Shown here one piece after another: positions 54,015-64,000 of a stretch of DNA of 64,000 nucleotides (position 1 is its first letter; each line of letters begins with the position of its first letter). Both the position numbers and the translations under genes were made by a program. The stretch covers positions 57,929 to 121,928 of the forward strand of contig MU626306.1 of the NCBI GenBank assembly GCA_025603075.1, read 5' to 3'. Source of the DNA: Neoconidiobolus thromboides FSU 785. Taxonomy: Eukaryota; Fungi; Entomophthoromycota. Below the pieces are notes generated by a model. It was not told the DNA's origin and did no database searches. It saw only the letters and a list, made by a program, of their open reading frames with translations.

Positions 54015-54201
54015 CATTAGCAAGCTTAGATTTTTTTAGACTTGATTTTTAACTAAGATAGGATTGCACATTCAATTCTAGTTATCAATGAGTATTGTAT
54101 AATAAACATCATTTAACTTTGATTATTTTTAATTTCATTCTTTATTTTGTTTTTATATAAATGAATCTTTAAATCTGCTAAAACTTTTAAAGTTTACTTA
54201 A

Positions 54202-54306
54202 ATATGGGGATGTATTTTTGTTTTTAAGAATTTCACTAACAAATTTTCCGCTCAAATAGTGCTTAAAAAATGGAAAAAATAGAAATAAAAAAAAACACTT
54301 CCATAT
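54202..54306 (+). mobile_element. MITE-like repeat, copy n
   Basis: ATATGGGGATGT..ACACTTCCATAT. Confidence 0.9.
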
Positions 54307-56201
54307 ACTGAAGTTCTCAAAAAACTTAATTTTCATGAACATAATATTCACTACGTTTATAAACGAAAGGTTAGATCTTCGATAGCCTCATAGTCCTCTG
54401 AGTTTATATAGAGTGGCAGAATGCCATACTAAATCGATTCATTTTTAGTGCTATGAAATATTTATAATAGTACATAGGGATTATCTACAATAAAAAAATA
54501 AATGATTCTGATAATATAAATGAAGAATAGCAGCATGAAGCGCCCAAGATGACTAAGTTGGGCACAGGGGAAGGTATAACTTATGAAGTCAATAATCCAG
54601 TTTTTCTTCGTAAAAATTGAAGATATTATTCACTAAACACTAACTTAAGAAAAAGAGGTGATAAAGTAATTTTTTTCATAATAATATCCTACATTGGAAT
54701 TCCTGTTTTAAAAGTTTACTATACATGAAAAAATATATTATTAATGCTATTATACGTTGAATTTCTTAGCAATTAGGAGGGACTTGGGAGAATAGCCTCC
54801 CATATATGCCACTTTTATTAACATTCTTGTATATTTAGCTATATAATATCTTCCAGCCTGATAAAACTTGGCGTTCTCCAAAGAATCATCCTCAATTTTT
54901 GAATACCGAGTGATTCATTATAAAAAAATTTAAGTGTATCAATAAAAAATAATTTTGAGAGTAGAAATTGTAGAATTTGTCTATAAGTTAAACAAATATA
55001 TTTGATTATCAATATAATTATTTATATAAAATAATAACTAAAAATGACAAGAATATATAAATAAATTTAAAAATAGACTTATTGAATAAAAGTTTTAAAA
55101 ATACAACGTAAGATTAATTTTATCAATGAAAAATCGGTACTATTTCTAAAAAACATTTCAGATGATAATTCGCTCTTTAAGAAAATACAAAATTATAGCT
55201 AATATCCTTTATCACGTAAATAATATTTTAAGTTTGAGACTCCTATTCTAGTTTTACCTCAACTCTATAGCTCTTCTCTTGCATAAATAAAATACATGGA
55301 TGGTTTGCACCTTTGAAATTTAAAAAAAATTAAGACTCATTTAAAAATTGAATTAAATTTTATAAATCAAATCCGGATATTTGCAAAAATGGAAACTATT
55401 TGGAAAGATAAATATTTTTGTTAGAAATGCAATAAATTAGCTTAAATTTTATTCTTTTTTAAAACGACATGGCTTTTGAAAACTTTAGAATAAATTAAAA
55501 TTTCTTCTACAAAGCAATATTGAAAAGCCTTCTTTTTAATGGGTCAGCTATTTCTAATACAAGAAAATCCAAAAAATATCTCTTTACTTATCCAGATGTT
55601 AGCTCACTCAAACTTCAAACGATAAAAAGCAATGCTCAATTTCATGAAGGAAAAAATAGCAAAAGTACAAAGCTGGAATTGAAGTTAAGTTTGAAAATTA
55701 ACTTAATAAGCTTTTATATATTTGCTCTAAATGCATTTGTTAGCTTATGACCTATATATTATACCTCAATACAAAACTGTCGCTGCCCATAAATTTAACT
55801 CAACTTACATAAATAGCATTAATAGTTGCTTTATTTAGTAAAAGGATTTCCAAAATATTCAAACTTATATTATAAAGTAACATGCTCATCTGTAATATAA
55901 AACGATATTATGGTATCGCTAAATCTGGGCTATTAAAAGTGAACATACATTTTTAGTGTTGTCGAACAGAGGCTTAATCATTGATAGAATATTATGAACT
56001 AGCATCAATGTAATCATCTAATTATTAACTTATTATATAATTCTCTTTTTTTGATAATATTGTTAATTAGTTTGAATAGACAAAGAGGGGACAATTATTT
56101 GATTCAGCTGGCCTTTGAATGTTATTATAGAGGCTTGTTGTTAATAATTTAATAAAAGACATGTATATAAGCTTAAAGATCAAATCGATACAAAATAAAA
56201 A

Positions 56202-56486
56202 ATGAAACATTTATTCATCGCTAGCTCTTTATTATTCATCTTCACTGTTAATTCATTGCCTGCTGATACCGCCACTCCGAATAAGAATGAGTCAGGTGCT
56301 GCTGATACTGGTAGCTCGAGTTCTGTAGAAGGTAAATTATTTTATCCTTATGGTCCTTACCCTTATGGTGGTTATGGAGGCTATCCTTATGGTGGATACC
56401 CTAACAATTATTACTATAATTTTTATCAACAACCCTACTATTACCAATATCAAAACCCAAGCTTATTAGGCTCTATTTTCGGTTGA
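56202..56486 (+). CDS. Secreted Tyr/Gly/Pro-rich prepropeptide, copy 3
   Basis: Same signal; SVEGK then YPYGG repeats and NPSLLGSIFG shared with copy 1; TATATAA at 56164. Confidence 0.85.
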   Translation: MKHLFIASSLLFIFTVNSLPADTATPNKNESGAADTGSSSSVEGKLFYPYGPYPYGGYGGYPYGGYPNNYYYNFYQQPYYYQYQNPSLLGSIFG

Positions 56487-56729
56487 AGAAATAAGTTTGA
56501 TTTAATTTCATATAACCATGGTGATGCTTTTTAATAAATTTAGATTATTTTTTATATCATGTTACATTTTATTATAGATTTTTACATTGCTATAATTTAT
56601 ATTATTGCATATTACTCCTATCATTAGAAATTAAAAAATTGTTTGGGAATAATTCATTATTTTTGATTGGAATAAAAAAAAGAAGTTTAAATTGATTGCG
56701 ATTTTTTAGATATTTTTACATAACAAAAA

Positions 56730-57807
56730 ATGGGAGAAAAAGAAAGTAGAAGGAGAGAGGATAATAGTCGAAGTACAAGAAGAAGATCAAGAAGTAGATC
56801 GAATGAGCGAGAATATACTAGACAAAGTAAAGCTTTTTAAAATGAGACTTCTATGATATAAAACATATATAGGGAGACGATCAAATAGCAGAAGTGGAGA
56901 AAGAAATAGTAGAGACAGGCAAAATGTTAATCATGGTAATTTTTTGCTCATTATCAGATATCTTAAGGTTATATAAACAACTATAGATAGGTATGAAAGA
57001 GCAAGAGATGAGAAAGAGATAGAAAGAAGAGGCAGAAATGAACGAACTGAAAGAGACGAAAGAAGAGGAAGAGGTGAAGGAGAAAGATTGCCAATAAACA
57101 ATAACGTAGATAATGACATCGATGATAAAGGAGATCAAAATGGTAAAGTAGTTAATAAATTAATAAAATTTGTGTGTAATAAATGAATAGAAAAGGAGAA
57201 GGAAAAGGAGAAAGTGAATTTTGGACTATCAGGTTTATTGACAAAAGAGACCAATACCTTCCGAGGGGTTGTAATTAAATACAATGAGCCCCCAGATGCC
57301 ATTCAGCCTAAGAACAAGTATCGCTGGTATGTTTATAAGGGTGATAAAGAAATCGGTAAGTACATTTTAATATTTATTTACAACTATTTATTTTAAAGAT
57401 ATGCTTCCACTTCATCGACAATCCGCATATTTGATTGGTAGAGATAGAAAAGTAAAATAATAATAATAAATATACTTAATAGTGTTAACAATATTAGGTA
57501 GCAGATATACCGTTAGATCACGAATCAATATCCAAGCAGCATGCCGTACTCCAATATCGTAAAGTAAAAGGAGTTGACCCAAATACTAACAAAAGTCAAT
57601 CAATGATTAAGTAAATTTAGTTGTTAATAAATGAGGTATACTAATATTGTTAGACCATATATCATTGATTTAGATTCAGCTAATGGCACCTTCGTAAATG
57701 ATATTCAAATACCAGCTACACGCTATTTTGAGCTTAAATCTAAGGATATTATTAAGTTTGGTGGTTCTACTAGAGATTATGTCTTTATTCAAGATGAATC
57801 TGAGTAA
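56730..57807 (+). CDS. SNIP1: SNIP1/Pml1-like FHA-domain RES-complex protein, multi-exon
   Basis: RS-rich N-terminus, NFGLSGLL..YNEPP, LHRQSAYLIGRDRK, SKQHAVLQYR, DLDSANGT, FGGSTRDY. Confidence 0.9.
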
Positions 57808-59129
57808 AACTACTTTGAGTCACAAAGTTCGATTTAAATAAATTGTCTGCGGTATAGATTTACTGTTAGAAATTTGGATATCAATATGACATTATTTCAA
57901 AAAGTATCTATTGCTATTGTCATTTTATTGCTCTAATTTGTAGCCCTTTTTTTATCTCTATAAAATCACTATTACTACTATAAAAACCTATGACATTTTA
58001 CTGCCTCTCTGTTCCGGATGAGAACATCTGATTACCCTTTTGAATCAATCAAAAACCGCCTAATTTGAAAAAATGATTTAACTTCAATGAAGTTTTTGTA
58101 TTCAAGTCAATATCTACAAAAAAGACCATAGCGTATAGCTATTCAAACTGGTAAACAAATAAAAATACTTTGTTTTTTTATTTACACCTTTTTGAGAAAT
58201 ATTTAATCTATCAAGATTGAACATTCGTAAAGCAAACTAACAAAATGACTAAATTTATAACATTCTATTTAAGTTTTCGTAAGTTTTTTGCCTGCAATCG
58301 CCAACTGCTGAAGTATACATTTTTCAAAATGATATAAAACAACCTTTACATAATCTTTCTAGTTATTTTAATGAGCAAATTTTTTTAAAAACTAAATCAA
58401 TTTTTAATTTGGATGGGTTATTGATTGACTGAAAAAGCTAATTGGATGTTCTTATCTGGACAGAAAGGAGGAGAGTGATTTGAACAGACTAGCTTTACAA
58501 TAACTTATTTAAAAGCACTATAATAAATACGGTTTATAATTTGATATTAATTTATTAATTTTGGTATTTTTCACATTGTTATTATACACCTCCTATGTTT
58601 TATAGATATGGGTGTTGGCAGTTTTAAAGTAGATTGTAAAATAACTTATGACGTTGGTAAGCATTGTTATAAAATACTAAGATTTTATAAATTTAGTTTA
58701 AAAAATAGTTTTAAGTTAAGACTAAGTCAAACCAGGATTTAAGCTTATTTCAAACAAAATAAACCCTCTGGTTATTTGGAGGAAATATTGATCAAAATCA
58801 AGTTAGTTTAATAACTTTATTAAAAGTTAAGAATAAACAATTAAACTTAAATTATTAAATTTCCGATTTTATAAACTATAAGTCTAATATTACATTAATG
58901 ATTTATTTTAAATCAAAGGGAATAAAATCCGTAGGTTTCAAAACCTAGGTTTTAGTTGACGTTTGATTACAGCTTAATTAAATGTTATTATATTCTTTGG
59001 TGTGAAATTCCACACTTAATCACAATTTGATCATCTTCCACACCAAACGTTAAATATAGAGGGAATTAGTAACACTATATAAATAAAATATAAAGTCCCA
59101 AAATTACTTTTTTATAATAAAAGTTAAAC

Positions 59130-61265
59130 ATGGAATTCAAATATATTTACGAAGCAGTTCCTAGCGAAAAAGAAGGTGAAACTGGTGTATTTCGTTCCAA
59201 TTTTTGTAAAAAGAATGGAGGGGATCTCATTACTTTGGCAAGTAAAAATCGAGCTACTACATTATATGAGGTGCTACAAAACTCCATCCAAAAATATCAA
59301 AATAAGAACAGTTTAGGGTATAGAGAAATTTTGGATATTATTGAAGAAAACAAAGAATTAGAGCGTAAAGTAGATGGCAAAGTTGAAAAATATAGCAAAA
59401 CATGGAAATTTTATAAGTTATCAGAATATAAATGGATTACTTTTAATCAATTAGGCTCCAAATTGACTAACTTAAGCTCAGGCTTACATTCCTTGGGCTT
59501 AAAACCAAACGATAAAGTTTCTTTTTATGCTCCTTCTTCCCATTCCTGGTTTATGCTGTCTTATGGTAAGGATTGTTTTAAATATTTTAAATATTAACTT
59601 AAATACCTGAATCTTTTAGCTTGTTTCTACTTGAACTTAACGGTAGCTACAGTATATGATACGTTGGGAGCCGAAGGGCTACTACATGGAATTAATGAGT
59701 GTGAAAGCAATACATTATTCATCTCATCGGAGCAGCTTCCAATATTAAAGAAAGTATACAAAGAAGCAAATGCATTAAAAAATGTCATTTATGTTGGTGA
59801 ACTCAAAGACAAAGATAAGAAAGAATTCTCTGATTTAAATTTCTGTAGTTTAGAAGAATTAGAAGCTATTGGAAAAGACAAAAAGGTGGAACCTAATCCA
59901 CCTTCTCCTGATGATGTTGCAGTAGTTATGTACACTTCAGGTTCCACTGGAAACCCTAAAGGTGTACTTTTAAAACATAAAAATTTGGTTTCACATCGTA
60001 GGTCTTTATTCAACTTGTAATGATTAACAAAATTTATACTTTTTATAGTTGCAGGAATCGAAAAGCTTGCTAAGGATATTATAAGACCAGATGATAGAGT
60101 GATAAGTTTTCTCCCATTAGCACATATCCTCGCATACTTACTCACTTCCTTTTGTGTTAATGATGGTTTAGAAGTTGGGTTTGCATCTCCACGTACACTT
60201 ATGGATCAATCAGTAAGAGAATGTAGAGGTGATATCTACGAGCTTAAACCCACAGTACTACCTGGAGTACCACAAGTATTTGACAGTATTAGAAAGGGGA
60301 TATTAAACAAAGTAAACTCATCCGGAAACCTAATGAAAAATGTTTTTACCTATTCATTGGGACTTAAAGGGATTTGTCGCAGTTGGGGAATACCATCTTG
60401 GTGGATTGATGAGCTTATATTCAAAAGTATACGAGAAGCAGTTGGTGGTAGGTTAAGGGTTTCATTATGTGGTGGTGCACCACTATCAGATGAAATGAGA
60501 CTGTTTTTCCATGATGCCATATGTGAGGCCTTTCAAGGTTACGGTATGACTGAAGTTAGTGGACTAGCATCTATTGTATCTCCAGAAGATAATGTTGGAA
60601 GCACTGTTGGGCAAATCAACCCAGCTATTGAATTCAAATTAGTAGATGTACCAGAGGGAGGCTACTATGCTTCTGATTTGAAGGGTGAAATTTGGATGCG
60701 TGGACCATGTGTTACAGAAGGATATTTTAAGAATGAAAAAGTAACTAAAGAAACCATTACTTCAGATGGCTGGCTTTTAAGTGGAGACATTGGATCTATT
60801 AATGACCTTGGTCAGCTTTCAATTATTGATCGTAAGAAAAACTTAGTAAAATTAGCAAACGGGGAATACATCGCACTCGAAAAATTAGAATCCAAGTATC
60901 GTAATTCTATTTATGTGCAGAACATTTGTGTTTGTGCCGATTCGCATCACAATAAACCAGTTGCGCTAATACAAGCTAATCTGGCAGCCGTTAAACACCA
61001 TTTGAGTCAGGTAGGGAAAGGCTCAATCAATGACTTAGAAGATATCTCTGATAATAAAGATATTATTAAAGAAATATATAATTCATGTATTGAAGAAGGT
61101 AAAAACGCTGGATTGAGTGGTGCGGAGCTTTTGTCAGGGATTTGCCTTTCATCAAGTGAATGGACAGTTGAAAATGGGTTTTTAACTGGTGCCCAAAAGA
61201 TAAAAAGAAGAGCCCTCCAAGATGAATACAAGGATCAGCTAAACAAACTCTACCAAAGTCAATAA
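59130..61265 (+). CDS. Long-chain fatty acyl-CoA synthetase (Faa1/Faa4/ACSL type), 2 introns
   Basis: [51 protein letters not shown]. Confidence 0.95.
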
Positions 61266-61699
61266 TTTAATCTACTACTTTTATCAAATATACAATAAAT
61301 ATATCGTAAATTATTTTTATGAGATGAAACATTTAACAGTAGATTTATTATCAAATTAATTTTATTATGTGGAGACGTTTTTTTATCAACTGTCCTTTTA
61401 CTATTTTGAATTTAGAAATTAATCAATCACTACATATACAAGCTTGAATTTATACTAGTTAACCATTCATTTTAAAAAATTAACAAATCTCAAAGCAGCA
61501 TGATAGAACAAATAGTTATAAAATCTATCATTTGTCAATGCACATTCGAACTTAAACAGCTGCATTAGTTGATTAATTTTAAATCTTAAAAAATAGCAAA
61601 GCGCAACAAAGTAAAACTATTATCATATTATTATATTATATAAAAAATTCTGATGTTGAATTCGTATTTAATATTCCAAAAACATTAATAAAATTAGGA

Positions 61700-61775
61700 T
61701 TTGGGGATATTCGTTTTGGTTTCATTATCTTTTCCATTTTTTAAGCGCTATTTGAACAGAGATTGTTAGTAAAAA
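61700..61775 (-). mobile_element. MITE-like repeat, copy o (partial)
   Basis: TGGGGATAT..TTAAGCGCTATTTGAAC..TTGTTAGTAAAA. Confidence 0.75.
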
Positions 61776-62348
61776 CATTTACAATTTTAATGAATTTTTG
61801 AAAATCCTTAAGTCAAAACTGTTAAAATCAGAACCAGAACTTTTTGAACTGATTTTAATTTAAACTACAAACTTTATAATTGTTTTTTTACTTATTTTTT
61901 ATACAATTTTATGTTATGAAATATAATTAGCTAGATATTACAGTAAAAAAACATTTAAAAAAAGGTAATATTATAAAACATTGCTTTATAAGCTTTATAA
62001 TTGATTATGATATAATATCTACTTAGATTGTTTATAAAATTAATTATAGCTTCAGAATTAACTTAACTGTAATTTATATAGTAAATTCAATCAATTTCAA
62101 GTGATTTTGCCACTAAAAGTTATTATGTTTTTAAATTTAGATATAATCAATTTAAAGTTTTTATTTAAACTTGCTATGAAAATTTTTACCACTTGACTAC
62201 AAAAAATAGTATATTTTGATATCTATATTTGACAACTATGATAAAAAACAGCTATTACTATATTCCTTATATATAGTCACTTAATTAAAATATAAAGAAG
62301 CTTTTTAATATAATAATTTGAGGCTTTTTTATTAAATTATTCCTTAAT

Positions 62349-62453
62349 ATATGGGGATGTATTTTTGTGTTTAATAATTTTACTAACAATTTTTCCACTT
62401 AAATAGTGCTTAAAAGATGGAAAAAGTAATAAAATCAAAAAACATCGCCATAT
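62349..62453 (+). mobile_element. MITE-like repeat, copy p
   Basis: Full copy abutting q. Confidence 0.9.
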
Positions 62454-62556
62454 GGGAGTGTTTCTTTTGACTTCATTATTTTTTCCATTTTTTAAGCGCT
62501 ATTTGAGCGGAAAATTTGTTAGTAAAACTCTTAAATACAAAAATACATCCCCATAT
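62450..62556 (-). mobile_element. MITE-like repeat, copy q
   Basis: Full reverse copy sharing ATAT 62450-62453 with p. Confidence 0.9.
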
Positions 62557-63160
62557 GTTTTTTAATAAAGGTATTAAGTTTTATAGTATTTTATATAAAT
62601 TTCATAATAATCTTATATAGTTTATTTAACTCTAATGATTAAATATTGACTTTTACAATTATAAAGTAGATATAAAATCAATATATAAATATGTATTTAA
62701 AGCTTTTAAAACTTTGATTTTTTTTATAATTACATTTTTTAATATTAATTTAAATTTAAATTAGAAACTAAAAATCAAAAATAGTTTCAAATTAATTTTT
62801 AGCAGTTATTAAAACTTTCTAACCTTATTAATATAATATTTAATCCTCAATAAAAAAATAAAAAAAATTTCTAGTCAATAACTTGTTATAAATTAAAAAA
62901 TCTTAGTTCGTTCAATCAAAATGAAGTTGTTGTTTAAAAAATAGCATGTAATAATAAGTCAATTATATAAAGTACTGAAAAAAATTATAAAAAAAGTATT
63001 AAAATAAATTTGTTGAAACTAAAAACAATAAAACTTAAATAAAAAACCCAATAATATAAGTTTTTTTATATTTTATATTAAAGTATTATATACATAATAT
63101 GCTATTCATTATAACATAACAAATCAACTTTTAAATACAAACTTCAAAAACAAAAATAAT

Positions 63161-63266
63161 ATTTGGGGATATGTTTTTGTGTTTAAGAATTTCATTAACA
63201 AATTTTCCACTTAAATAGCGCTTAAAAAATGGAAAAAGTAATGAAATCAAAAAAACACTCTCATTT
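63161..63266 (+). mobile_element. MITE-like repeat, copy r
   Basis: TGGGGATAT..AAATAGCGCTTAA..ACACTCTCAT. Confidence 0.88.
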
Positions 63267-63364
63267 TTTGCAATTAAAGAGCAAAATTTTTTATAGCAGT
63301 TTTAAATAGAAAAATCGTAAATTGATTTTAATAATACAATTTCTGAAATTAAGTTAGATTTATT

Positions 63365-63466
63365 ATATGAGGATGTTTTTTTGATTTCATTACTCCTTCG
63401 ATTTTATAAGCGCTATTTGAACGGAAAATTTGTTAGTAAAATTCTTAAAAAACTATATTCCCATAT
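63365..63466 (-). mobile_element. MITE-like repeat, copy s
   Basis: ATATGAGGATG..TAAGCGCTATTTG..TTCCCATAT. Confidence 0.85.
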
Positions 63467-63509
63467 AGTATAGTTAATTTAGTTATATTTGAAATAGCCA
63501 ATTAAATAA

Positions 63510-63615
63510 GGAGGGTATGGATATATTCTTTTATTTGAGAATTTTATTAATAAATTTTCCGCTCAAATAGCGCTTAAGAAATCGAAAAATTGATAAAGTC
63601 AAAAAAAACACCATT
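63510..63615 (+). mobile_element. MITE-like repeat, copy t
   Basis: TTTTCCGCTCAAATAGCGCTTAA core, degenerate ends. Confidence 0.8.
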
Positions 63616-64000
63616 AGGGGGATGTCTGGATTAGTTTTGTGAAATATCGCTTTGTCAGTCCCATGGTTAATTATAGCATAACAATCGCCTAAGCTGTTGT
63701 GTTCTCGAGTTCAGAGGAAATCAATCCCATCTTCTTATTTTGATTTGTTATGAGAATTTCTAGCTCCATCCAAAAGAATATTATCTTCTCGTTTTGATAT
63801 TTATACTTACTGGAGTATAAAAGAGATTCTAAAACATAATAGCTCGAGGCTTTTTAACTGAATTATTCCCTGATATCTCGAACATTTAATAAAGTCACTA
63901 AGTTTTCTTAATAGTATTTTACGTAGATTTTACATTAGTATTGTCTATTCTATTTGTCTTATATAGCTTGTAACCTATTACGTACTATTCCTAATAATCC

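Noticed and set aside
63620-64000. Minus-strand coding-like stretch (..LDGARN..EDGIDFL*TREHNSLGDCYAIINHG..)
   Set aside because: Multiple stops and no family recognised; could be a pseudogene but cannot be supported without a search.

Overview
AT-rich, gene-dense eukaryotic DNA with many short (about 45-60 nt) GT-AG introns. Gene content and style point to an early-diverging fungus, probably Conidiobolus-like (Entomophthoromycotina); this assignment is inference, not proven. About 26 protein-coding genes can be supported. Housekeeping genes: RNF34-like RING (5' truncated), CDK11, Inn1/Fic1-like C2 protein, VPS4, CstF-50, Ysc84/Lsb3, RPS16, STM1, RPL13, SNX9-like SH3-PX-BAR, NDUFS5, USP22/Ubp8, GDH2, an LMBR1 protein, RNF121, Sfh1, SNIP1 and a long-chain acyl-CoA synthetase. 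Genes missed by the ORF track include a second PRL phosphatase and an Nce101-like microprotein. There is one tRNA-Thr(UGU). Accessory content: about 20 copies of a ~106-bp MITE-like element, two intact genes plus a pseudogene of a secreted 10-Cys peptide family, a three-gene array of secreted Tyr-rich prepropeptides, and an intronless eEF1A-like protein with degenerate GTPase motifs. The most striking signal is a 5-codon uORF, M-x-x-P-G-stop followed by TTT, which is the only upstream AUG in the scanned leader region of each of the two divergent PRL phosphatase paralogs. It is a candidate ligand-responsive (possibly Mg2+) translational control element. Intron-containing genes are given as start-to-stop spans read by eye.
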